Shown here piece after piece: positions 31,877-51,400 of a stretch of 64,000 bases of DNA. The translations under genes were made by a program, and so were the position numbers. The notes beneath the pieces are model-generated. The model did no database searches. It was not told where the DNA came from and worked only from the letters and a program-made list of their open reading frames with translations. Numbering within the stretch: the stretch's first letter is position 1; each line of letters begins with the position of its first letter. The DNA comes from the human T2T-CHM13v2.0 reference genome, Homo sapiens, in the NCBI RefSeq assembly GCF_009914755.1, contig NC_060935.1; one strand, written 5' to 3'.

Positions 31877-33039
31877 GATTTTGTTTTTTAATTGTATTAT
31901 CTTAGTTTGGTTTAGGAGTATGGTTCTGCTAGCCTTATAAAATAAATTGGCAAGCTTATCATCTTCTATGCCCCCCCCCAAATTTGAATAATAAAGGAAT
32001 TAGCCGTTTCTGCAAGATGTGTTGAACTCATTTATACAACTATCTGGGTTTGCTTTGGAAATAGCTCTTTGATTGCTTTATCAATTTCCTTTAGAGTTAT
32101 CTTTTCAGGTTTGCTACTTTCTCAGGAAACAATTTGGATAATTTATACTTTTCAAGAAAATCAACCATTCCCTTTTTCTGAATATATTGCTATAGAGTTG
32201 TACATAGTATTTCTTATAATTTTTGTAAAACTCCTAATATTGTCAATAGTGCAGTTTTAGTTTCTGACGATATATTTTACCTTCCCTCTCATCCTCAGAT
32301 GAGACTGGCTGTGCTGTTTTGGCATACATCTTACATTTATATATGTTATAAGCCCCACACTACCTTGTTTTTGTTAGGCAGATTCTTAAATAATAGAAAA
32401 TTATATATAATACTTAAGAAAAAATAGGAAAAAAAATCTTACTATTTACCCCCATAGTTACCATTTCTGGAGCTCCTCATTCCTTTGTGTTAGATCCATT
32501 TATCTATCTGGTATTATTATTCTGCTTGAAAGACTTCCTGTGGTATTTCCCATAGGGCAGCTTTGCAGGTGATGAAATCTTTTAGCTTTTGTGTATCTAA
32601 AAAAGTCTCTTTCAGCATTTTGAAATATATTTTGAAGAATATTTTGAAATATATATTTAAATAAATTCTAGGTATAGAATTCTAAATTGATGAGGTTCTT
32701 TTCTTTCAATTCATAAAAATAGTTGGTCCATTGTTCTCTTGATTATTTCCCATAAGGAAATCTTACACATAATGTGTCATTTTTCTCTAGCTGGTTTTGA
32801 GCAATTGATTACTATGTGCCTTGACATAGTTTTCTTCATGTTTCTTGTGCTTGGGGTGCATTGAGCTGCATGAATCTGGAGTTTTCACCTGATTTGAAAA
32901 CAACTTTAGACATTTGAATTTTTTAATACCAATTTTCCTCTCCTTTGGAAACTCCAATGCATTTATATGAGGCTGCGTGATTTTGTTATATAGCTCTCTG
33001 GTAAGTATAAAATGTTATTTTATTTATCTTTTGAAATTT

Positions 33040-33620
<581 letters not shown>

Positions 33621-36600
33621 GTACAAAGTTTCTAAAATTACTTTTTCTCTTTTTGTTCATTGTGAATAGTTTCTAATGCTATGACTTCATCTTTACTAAT
33701 CTTTTCTTTTGCAATGTCCAATTAGCGATTTTCAATATAATCTTCATTTTAATCATTGTAGTATTCCTCATAACTTTTTTGGGAGGATCTTTTCAATGTC
33801 TTTTTTCTTTTTTTAAATTTCAAGTTATTTACCTGATCATGGATCTTTTTTTATATCTTTGTTGTCTCTACCTACATTTTGAACATTTAAAATATACTTT
33901 ATAGTAATTTTTAATGTCCTCATCTGCTAATTCTAGTATCTTTGTTGGTTCGGGGTTGGTGTCCCACCCTCCTCATTAGTAGATGTGTTTTTGTGCTCTT
34001 TATATGCTTTATAATTTTAATTGTATGCTGGGCATTCTGAATTTTACCCATAAAGTAAAATTATTATAGTATTTGTATTTCTATAAATAATCGTGAGTTT
34101 TGTTCTGGGACACAGTTAAGTTACTTATAAACAATAGTGTCCCTTCAGGACTTGCTTTTAAGGTTTGTTAGGTGGCATTTGACAAGTATTTAGTCTTGGG
34201 TTAATTCACCCCATTAGTGAGGCAAGACTCTTGAATACTCTAATAGGTAGATGCCTCATGAGTTATGAAATGTCCCATTCTGGCTAGTGGGAACAGACAC
34301 TGATTGTGGTCATATGTGAGTGCTGAGAAGTATTCCCTCTCATTCTTTTGGGACATCCTTTCTCCATCTTTAGGTAGTTTCTTCAAACCTGTATACTGAT
34401 CAGCTGTCTCATGAATACGGGAGAAAACCTGCAGGTCTCCGAGAGTTCTCTCCCTGTGCAACTTATCGCTTTTCAGTGCTGTGTACCGGCCATTCCAGCT
34501 GCCTTTGTTTCGCTGGACTCTCAGCTGTGTCTTCTGAACTCAGTGAGTTTGCCAGGCTCTGCCTGCCCTGTCCCCCAACCCCACACAATGCAGCCTAAAC
34601 GTTCCCTCAAGGTAGCACGCAAGGTAATCATGCGACTCACTTCATTTGTTTTCTGTTCCTCTGGGATCACTGTCCTTTGTTCCTGATATCCGTGGTCTTG
34701 TTTTACGTATTTTGCCTTTGTATTGGGTGGTTCAGGCAGGAGGGTAAATCTAATCCCTATTACTCCATCTTGGCCAGAAGTTGAAGTTAACCTATGGATT
34801 TTGATTTGTAATGCACTCACTCTTCTTCATTTTTAATAGTCTGTATTTTTAGTTTTGATTTTTCTCTTTTAACTTTAGATATTCAGAGGAGTCTTTATTT
34901 CTAAATGACCTTTTTTCTCCATTCTTCTGTTGTGATTTCTAATTTCATGGCTTTGTAGACAGAGAATGTAACCTATGTAATAAAAACCCATAAAGAGACA
35001 AACCAGATTGCTAACAGGTTGATAACAGGATTTTTCTAGGTTGCCTGGCAATGAGTTAGCTAGGCTGAACCGCTGCTCAAGCACACCTCTCCAGAAGATG
35101 CCAAGAGAGTCTAGACCCACATCCAACCTCCCTGGCTGAGTCTGTCATGCACTGTGTGACTCCGGCATGGCCTCACATTAGTTGCATGGTATTTGCTTCA
35201 TGATTTCTTTTCCCAACTTCTATAATGGTTTCATGGATGTTTGAAAAAGATTTGTTTTCTCTGTGTCAAAATTTTATCTTTACAAAATGCTCTCTTACCT
35301 GATAAGATTTGTAAATGCAAAAGTCAGACTGAGGGGTCATTTAAAAAATAAAACATTTCTATGCATTTTATTTTAATGTAATACACAAAAATATACATTC
35401 AGTTGTCAGTCTTTTGATGCAGGGCCAGGACCTTTTTTTAGTCTTTTAAAAAAAATCTTGAGTACACTGATTGGAGTTCAGTCTGCTTTCTTGTATAAAT
35501 CACTACCAGACTACATTGCCTATGATTTCTAATTTGGGTTTCTTTATGGTGCAAGGCAAATGTAGAGAAACTGGTGGAGTATTCAAGTTTTCCAAGATTC
35601 TCTCTCAAATCATTTTACAGTTGTCTTATGCATACTTATCTGACAACAAATTTCAAAACGATCCATCTTTATTGAATCTTTACAAAGTATTCAACTAGTT
35701 TTCTAGAAAGAACTACTATTTTTTACCTTCATATTTTATTAGTTTGTATAATATTTAAAAATAAATTATTAATAAGATCTGACATTAGAAGGTCTGGAAT
35801 AACTTGACTGGTGAGAGAAAAAGTGGGTGAATATACGAAAGTGGCTTACTCCTCTAGCCTTCGCATGTCAAGGGCATTGGCATTTGTTATAGAAAGAATA
35901 CAGAACATCAGTTAATCCAATGAATCAGGTATGTGGCATTAAAAGAGCTTCTAATATGATACATAAGGCTTGTTAATTATATTTTTCAAATTCTTGATAT
36001 TTTTTCTCTTCTTAATCTCTTAATTCTGAGAGAGATGATTTTACTTCCTCATTTTTCTCTGAGTATGTCTGTCAGTTTTTGCCTTGTGTAACTCCAAGCT
36101 ATGCTAGTTGCAAAAAGAATGATAACATTTCTTCATCATGTACTATAAACTTTATCAATGTAAATACCCTTGGCCCATTTTCATTCTTTTAACTTTTAAT
36201 TCTATTTTGTTTTATATTACTATCATCATTTCTTTATTTTAATTAATATTTGTCTAATATGTCTTTGTCTATTGGTTAATTTTTAGTACTTCTCTGCCAT
36301 TTGAATTCAGGAGAGTCTCTTATGTTCTGATGTATTCCTGCTATGCTTTCTTGTATGTGTATATTTGTGATATTGATCACCTTTCTTTGTTCTTTTTCTT
36401 TCATCTACTGCAGCATTTCATAACTCTGAGTGCAAACTGTAACCACCTTTCAAAAAGAAAATAGTGCCTAAACTTTACCCCAAAATCTCAGAGGAAGAGA
36501 GTGATACCAGTATTTTTTTTAAAGACTAATATTCTGTTAGGGTTGAGAACTCTAGTATCATACTATTTTTATTCCCATGGTGCTTCCCCTTAAATTCTCA

Positions 36601-37209
36601 GCAATCACAAACTTGTCATTTTCTATCAATGGACAGACTGAAACAGTTGTATCAGTCAAGGTCAAAATCAGAGAAGCAGAACAAAGAGTGATCTAGAATA
36701 AGAGTCTGATTCTAGGGATTCAAACATTATGCCACTGGGATTGCTGGTGGAGTAATCTGCTGGCCTGCATGTGGTGCTGGGCCTGAAGTCACCGTGGGTC
36801 AGCCAGACTAGCAGTTGGGAAGGAAAGGTGAACAAGAACAAAAGCAGGAACCAACCACAAACTTCTAGAAAAAGATGGAGCTTACATCTGTCTTTCATTA
36901 CTCCACCTTATGTGACTTGGATGGCCTGAGGCCTGCAGGAGTAGCTGGCACCTCTAGCTATAGGGCTGCACATATCTTTGGCCCAGAACACAGAGAAGTT
37001 TGAGGAGATGTGTCAGCAGCTGGAGGAGCTGCTGGTTGGGTGCTGCCACATGCCAACAAGGTGAGCCAACAAGGTGAGCCAGGGGATCAGCAACAATGTG
37101 CATGAGGTTCCACAGTGCCTGGCATCCTGCATTAATCTTCCAGAGGGTAAAAATTATGGCTGCTACTTCCCTGTGACTTCCAAATCTCAAGCAAATTTCT
37201 CTTGTGGTC

Positions 37210-37920
37210 AACTGCATTGCAATTCTGACACTAACTGCTTGGAGTTAGGCCAAATTTCACAGGCTAAGGGCTCAGTCCTCTATGAGACTGCTCTCAATTC
37301 AGACATCAGCCACATGCTCAGGGATTCCCAGGCCACCCACACTTCTGGCCAACTGGCTACAAATTCAACAGTTTCCACTACTTTCTTAGGTTTAATAACT
37401 TGCTAGAAAGACTCACAGAACTTTGGAAAAAGCTATACTTAAGATTACAGATTTATTAAAGCAAAAGAAAACACATCAAAACCAGCCAAAAGGGGAGATG
37501 CATAGAGTGAGACCCAGGCGGGTCCTGAAGGTGAAACTTCTGTGTTCACTCCCTGTCACTGTGTATTATCAGCCTGGAACCTTATCCAAGCTTTAATAGC
37601 CAGAGTTTTTACTGGAGTTTCATTACATACGCATCATTGAATCCTTGGCCATGTGATTGAACTCAGTCTCTGGTCCCCTCCAATCCCAATCAATATCAGA
37701 CTGATACCACATGGCATAAAGCCCCAACCCTATAATCATGTGGTTGACTTTTCTAGCATGGCCTGGCCTCATCCTGAAATATCTAGGGACCCTGTAGAGG
37801 TCATCTTTGTAGCATAAATGATCAGGGCTCACCAGGAATAATAAAGACACTCCTGTCACTTGGGAAATTCCAAGAATATAGAGGTTGTCTCCCAGGAACC
37901 AGGAACAGAGGCCAGTCAAA
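37210..37920. mobile_element. MER21-like LTR
   Basis: caattctgacactaac...ggagttag motif. Confidence 0.6.
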
Positions 37921-38098
37921 TCCTGGCCTTTGTTGGCACTGGTGTACAACACCAACTCTAAATGGAAACTAGACAGAGAAAGGAATTCCGGGAACCATAG
38001 TTCCACCTCAGCTAAGTAGACACAGTACAAAGCCACTACAACAGTATTTATTATATCTGTCTCCCCTACACTCCACCAAGAAAATACCTTCAGCAAAC

Positions 38099-38466
38099 TC
38101 TATTAGTCCATTCTCATGCTGCTATGAAGAGATACGTGAGACCTAAGACTGGGTAATTTATAAAGGAAAGAGGTTTAATTGATTCACAGTTTAGCATAGC
38201 TGGGGAGGCCTCAGGAAACTTACAATCATGGTAGAAGGGGAAGCAAATACATTCTTCTTCACAAGGCAGCAGGAGAGAGAAGAATGAGAGCTGAGCAAAG
38301 GGAGAAGCTTATAAAACCATCAGATCATGTGAGAACTCACTATCACAAGAACACTAGCATGGGGATAACCACCCCCATGATTCAGTTACCTCCCACCAGG
38401 TCCCTCCCACGACACATGGGAATTATGGGAACTACAATTCAAGGTGAGATCAGCTAAGCCATATCA
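38099..38466 (-). mobile_element. THE1/MST solo LTR
   Basis: tattagtccattctc...gccatatca; TSD-like caaac/catac. Confidence 0.85.
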
Positions 38467-40146
38467 CATACCTTCACATTCCTTGCTGCTTCTCTTCTGC
38501 CTCTCACATAAAGACCACTTCTACTGCAGTGCTTTAACACAATCACTTAGATTTTAGGTTCACATTGTCATTAATATTTTAAAACATTATCCCATCTCAT
38601 CTAAAAAAGTTGAACTCATAGAAGTAGAGAGTAGAATGGTGGTTATCAGAGGCTAGTGGGGTAGACAGGGAAAGGGGAGGCATTGATCAAAGGGTACAAA
38701 GTTTTAGTTAGACTGGAGGAATACATTCTGGTGTACTATCACATAGCATGGTGATCACAGTTAATAATAATGTATTATGTATTTCAAAATAGCTAAAAGA
38801 GGAATTTTAAATGTTCCGAAGATCAAATTCTAAACTATTATGTTTATTTTAATTATGTGTGGCAGCATTGAACATAGACAAAACTGCTTTAGTGGCTTGA
38901 TTTATGAAATTCTTATGTTTTATGCTTAAAATAAGAAATTGTTTAGTTTTTATTATTCTGGTAATTTTCTGTCTATCAATGATAATAGCAAAGATGCCAA
39001 GGGCATAACTACTTCTGCAACAATTACAGTTATATGTAGTTTATATTCTCAGTAAATGAAAAGCCAAATTGAACAGAATCATTGTTATATTTATCTTAAT
39101 ATTGACTTTTGAAATACAAAGCTCTATTGATATACCATTTTAAAATTATTTGTGTTGCTTTTACAATTTATTTCTTAGAATAGATAATACATTTGTGTGG
39201 TTCAAAAATCAAAACAATATTAAAAGGTGTATATTGCGAAGTATTCCACTCAATCCTGTTCCTGTCAGCTCATTCCCTACCAGTTCCCAGTAAGGAATCA
39301 TTTTCTTAGTTTGTGTCTTTCTACTGTTTCTTTATCAAATATATTTTCATGTTCTCTATTTTTTTTCACATGGTGCTTTTTGCACTTAATATAACCCAGA
39401 GGTCTTGAGTTGTGATTATTTGAATGCAATTTTTATGGATCTGATAAGAACATTTTTCAGGAAATTTGCAGATTACCATTTTATGTGTCTTATTGCTTTC
39501 CTTTATTTTGGCATCAGGGTACAATATACTTTCTTTTCTAAAAAAAAATAATAATGTTTCCTTAAATAAACATTAATATTTCTTTGCCTAAGAAATAAGA
39601 GAGTGACCCAGTTCCTAGCAGTGAAGGTAAAAATTCATTTGTTTTAATTATCTATTGCTTTTTAACAAGCCACCCTAAATCTCACTGGCTAAAAAAACAA
39701 TCATTTGGCCAGATTCAACAGGGATGGCTCTTCTCTGCTCCACTTAGCATCACTGAGGTGACTTAATGGGGGCTGAAAGATCCACTTTCAAGGTGGCTTA
39801 CTCACATGGCTATCAACTTGGGGCTGGCTATTGTCTGGGTGCTCAGAAAGGGCTGTGAGATGGGTGCTTTGGTTCCTCTCCATGTGGGCCTCCTTGGGCT
39901 TCCTCACAGCATGGTGTCTGGGTTCCAAGAGTGAGCATCCCTAGACAGCCAGCTGGAAATACAGGGTATTTTATGATCTAGCCTGAGAAGTCCCTTCTCA
40001 TGTACTTTATTGGTCAAAGCAGTCACAATCATCTATTTTCAAGGTGAGCAGGCACAAAGCCTACTATTCAGAGGAATTTCAAAGTCAGATTGTAAGAGAA
40101 GAGTGTGAGACAGTAGCTATTGTTTTGATCATCTTTTAAAAATTCA

Positions 40147-40506
<360 letters not shown>

Positions 40507-40699
40507 TCACCAAAACTAGTTGCTATTGTTTTCTTCGAGCAATTTTATTTTTAATTTTTCCCATTTAGATGCTTAATACATTTAGACTTTATTTTGGTAT
40601 AAATTGTGAAGGCAGGAGCCATTTAAGATTTTTTTCCAAATAACTACCCAATTGCTAATAAAATTTATTATTAATCCATCTCTTCCCCAGGCTACTTTT

Positions 40700-41095
40700 G
40701 GGGAATGTTTGTCCACTCCAAAACTCATGTTAAAATGTAATTGTCAACATAACGGGATTGGGAGGTGGGGTCTTAAGAGGTGATTAGGTCATCAGGGCTC
40801 CACTCTCATGGGTGTGTTTAATGCCTTAATAAAAGAGCTTTTAAAAGTGGGCTCTCTCTCTTGGCTCTTTTACCTTCTGCAATGTGAGAATACAGCCTTT
40901 TTCTCTTCTGGAGGATGAAGCAAGTAAGGTGCCATCTTGGAAGAAGAAAATGGCATCACCAGAAACTGAACCTGTAGGCACCTTAATCTCAGACTTCCCA
41001 GCCTCTAGAATTGGGAGTCAATATATTTTTGTTTGTTATAAATTACCCAATCTCAAGTATTCTATTATAAATAGGAGCACAAATGGACTAAGACA
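40700..41095 (+). mobile_element. MST/MLT1A-type LTR
   Basis: Ends ggactaagaca; MaLR motifs. Confidence 0.7.
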
Positions 41096-41199
41096 TCCCA
41101 CTTATATGAAGTGGTGTCATTACCATATTCTAAACTCCCCCATTGTATTAGGTCTATTTCTGGACTTTATGTGTAAATATTTGACTGTTTATTGCCTAG

Positions 41200-41613
<414 letters not shown>

Positions 41614-42005
41614 TAAACTTTATAATCAGTTTGTCTAGTTTTTAAAGTCTATTGGTATTTTAATCAAAGTGATAACTATTTTAAAATTTCTTTTATTATT
41701 AATGAGATTGGATATTTTTGCTTCTATGTACCAATTATATTCCTTCATGAATTCTGTGTTCCTATCCTTTGTCCATTTCCTTTTTAGAATTTTACATTCC
41801 TCTTATTGATCCTCAAAAGCTCTTCGTATTTAAGAATACCAGAACATTGTTTGAAATGTTTCTTGTAAATATTTTCCCTGGTTAATTTTGTTTCCAATGC
41901 TTTTTGAAGTCTTAAAATAAATAGTAAATGTCCATGTTGTGTGTGCATGGAGGTAGAGGGGTGAAAGTTAACCTTGTTTTCTTGTGTGGTTTCATTTGCT
42001 CTTTT

Positions 42006-47480
<5,475 letters not shown>

Positions 47481-48157
47481 TGCTCTTTTGAGATTTATAC
47501 ATTCCTTTCCTACCCCCCCCAAAAAAATTCAATCATATGTTTGCACAATTTTTCATAACTTTTTTATATTTAACTGTTTGATCCATCTAAAATTTATTTT
47601 AGTAATTTGTATGAATTCTAGTTGAACCATTTCTTCCCCTAGTCAATTTCTCCAACACTATTAAACAAATGCTTTCATTTATCTAATTTTTCAGAGCTCA
47701 AAATTGGATTAAAACACTACTTTTCAAGTTTGAAGAAAAATTCAATTATGATTTTGACTGTGATTGTGTAAAGCCTCAAAGTAATACAGGAAGAACTGGC
47801 AATATAGCTTGAGTGTGAATTTAATGTCCTCTAGTTTATATTTTAAGAAGATGGTCCCAAATTTGATGATCTGCGAGTTTTAAATTAAAATTTAGAATTC
47901 ATTTTCATTATGAAATAATTCTATTACAATTTTTCATTGGGTTAAAATATATGTAACCTAAAATTGGCCATTTTAACCATTTTAGGGTGTACAATTTAGG
48001 AACATTTAGTGCATTTACAAAGTTGTGCAACTATCACCCTAAAACTTTTTCATCACCCCAAACTGTGTACACGCTAAGTATGGTAACCTCCAGTCTACTT
48101 TCTGTGTCCATACATTTGCCTATTCCAGTTATTTCATATAAGTGAAATAATGCAATA

Positions 48158-48497
48158 CAGTCATGAACCACATAATAACATTTCAGGCAATGACTGACTG
48201 CATATGTCATGACAGTCCCATAAGATTATAATACCATATTTTATTATACCATTTCTGTTTAGATATATTTAAATACACAAATACAATTCTGTTACAATTG
48301 CCTACAGTATTCAGTACAGTCACGTGCTGTACAGGTTTGTAGCCTAGGAGCAACAGGCTATAACATATAGCCCAGGCATGTAGTAGGTTATACCATCTAG
48401 GTTTGTGTAAGTACACTCTATGATGTTTGAACAATAATGAAATCGCCTAAGGACACATTTGTCAGAGTGTATCCCCATTGTCAAGTGACAATGATTG
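48158..48497. mobile_element. Tigger3a/MER7-type MITE inside an L1MB fragment
   Basis: ta-cagtcatg...atgattg-ta termini. Confidence 0.8.
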
Positions 48498-51400
48498 TAT
48501 TTGTCTATGTCTTGCTTATTTCACTTAGCATAATGTTTTCAAGGGCCATCCATATTGTAACATGTATCAGAGCTTCATTTTATTTTATGACTAAATAACA
48601 TTCTGCTGCATGTGTGTACCACATTTTGTTTATCCATTCATCTGTTGCTGGACACTTTGGGTTGTTTCCACCTTTTGACTATAGTGAATGGAAATAATTC
48701 TATTTTAATCAACCACTTGGTTATCTATCACCAAACTTTCACATTTTCTTTCCTAAAGAAATAAATAGGTGATTAGTTTTTGAGCAGCTCTTAAAAACAA
48801 CTAATCTAAAAAAAATTAAGCAGGTTAGGAGTGGTCCAGTGCCAAGAGTTCTTGAATATATGTATTGTTCTGTTTCCTGTCTCACTGAACTTTTACAGAA
48901 ACATAATTCCAAAAAAAAAAAAAGAGGGGGAAGCATAGCAGTTTTTGAATTGCCAAATGTCCTGTTCTCTGTTGCTATGCCGTTGGAGAATTTTAAGAAC
49001 CTAAAAAGAAAAAGGAATATCTATTAAAAAATTCTCAGATATCTGCCAAAATGTATTTTCTGAGGGAGAAGCAAATATAATAAAATAGTTTTCATTTATT
49101 ATTTAATTATAATTATAAATAATTTCATTCATTTATCATAAGATGTGGCTGACACATGAGCTGATGTAATCTTCACAGTAATTTCAAAAAGTAGGGGATA
49201 GTTTTTTTTAAAAAAATAAATCATAAATGGAGGAAAAAGCAATTAGATAGGTTTTATTCCTAGTCCAAGGTCACGCAGTGATCAGTAGAGTCAGAATTTG
49301 AACGTCGATATTTCTGACTCCTAAACCCACGGTGAAACACTGAGGTAGGTACCACATATTCTCTCTCTCCAACCCCCATGAAATGTTTGGCTTTGGAAAC
49401 AATTGTTTATATGTGGCAAAAAAACATAACATTAATTTTTTTATGTCTGTCATTTTTTATTCCCTATTTTTTCCCCTTGGAATAAAATTATTAATAGACC
49501 ACTTTGAAGTCAGTGTCAAATTAGAAGACAGGAAATGGGAGATGTCCTCCTGCTTAGAATGTTTAGGATTAGTAATCAAAGTGTTTTCTAAAGTGAAGCA
49601 CATATTTCTTATTGCTTTAAAAGATGTATTTTTTATGGACACATAATAAACATATTTTGGGTGTAGATGCAATAAATTAATACATTCATATAATTCGTCT
49701 TATTGATTTTTATAGGAAGCAAAATAGAGACAATACCTGGAATGAAATAGTATTGAGGAGTTTGTAGAGTCTGCCTTTATGGGAATGCCTAAGTTTAGCA
49801 TTATCACCTTTATAATTTTTGTAAAACAAAATGCAATTAGATGAAACAAAAAAAATTATTAAAAACTTCAGTTGTGGCACAAAATGGGGACTGAAATTTA
49901 GAGGTACATGGTAAGCTCTGAAGAGCATTTGATTTCCTGAACATGCTTCTGCTATATTAATTTACTCTCAGTCTATTCTTTATCAATTACAATTTAAAAA
50001 AATAGAAGGCCCATTTAAGCTAATTATGTAGTTTCCCCAACAACTGCGTTTCCATATGAAGACTTTTGTTGTTGTAAAATCTTTTCCTGTTCAATATTAA
50101 ATACTGAGTGTTGTTATGCTTATTTAAAATGTAATGCAAGTATTTGAAGATGGTACTTAATTTACCAGGTAGAAATAAAATTACTGTTGTCAGCACTTAC
50201 ATTTGAAAAACATTTTGTCAGTGAAACATAATCAGTGAATATAAATCAATAAAAAATAATCAGTGAAAAACAGGTCATTCAAAGGAGAAGTTTCCTTTAT
50301 AAAAATGATAATTCTAAGGCTTGTCCAATAGCTGTGCATCTGTGCCTATGGTTTTGTTCTTTCAGAATCTTTTGCATATATCCCTTTCTAAGTTTTATTC
50401 CTCTCTCCGCCTCTTTCATTTCTTAAGCTTTCTCTTTTGGCTGCAATATACTCTTTACTCTTAGCGAAGTTTGTTCCTTTACTACTTTTCTTTCATTCTC
50501 TCTAAGATATCAAAAGAGAACATTTATTTCCTGTGTTTTATCAACTTGCAATTCTCTTGTTTCTCAAGCTGCAGTAGAATTTTGCTTCTAGTGAGAAATA
50601 CAATGACGTCTTTTGAGACCTCATCCTGAGTCTAATACCAATGCCTTCACATCTTCAGTCAAACTTTCTCTTCCTTTAATTTTGTAAGGCTGCATTTTCT
50701 TGAATCTCTCCCTCCCATTCTTACCAACAGCTATTTGTTTCCTTTTCTGAGTTCTTTTCCTTACTCACCATTTAAATATAGGCACTCTCCACAGTGAGTT
50801 CTGTATGAGTTAGAAATTGGGTTAGGTGGTAAACATAGTGGCTTAATCTACTAGGGATTTTCTTTTACATGACTTAAGTTTCCAGTTAGAATGAAAGCTC
50901 CCCTGAGCCACCATCAAGAGACTTAGGTGGTTCTTTTCTGCTTCACTGTCTTCCACTGTCCTCACCACTAGTTTCATTCTCAAAATCACATCATGTTTCA
51001 ATATAGACACTGGGGCATCATTGCCAAGCCAAAATTCCAGATATCAGGAAGGGTAAAGGAGCACTTACTTTCTCTTTTTCTTAGAGATGAGGTTTTGCTA
51101 TGTTGCCCAAGCTGGTCTCGAACACCTGAGCTCAAGTGATCCTCTCACCTAGGCCTCCCAAAGTACTGGGATTACAGGCAAAAGAACCCAGCCACGGGAG
51201 CATTTTCTCAACTAAATCAACTCCTTTTAAGAAAACTTTTGGAAATCCCATAATTTCATAGGCCAGAACTTAGTCACATGACCATACCCAGCCACAAGGA
51301 TGTCAAAGTGCCCAGCTAAACACCAAAAATATGTTTTTAACGAAGAAAGAGGTGTATTTGATACGTAATTATCAAGTCTCTGTCACAATTTGTTTTCTCA

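Noticed and set aside
37623-38096. 157-aa ORF
   Set aside because: Lies in LTR-derived sequence; no protein-family signal
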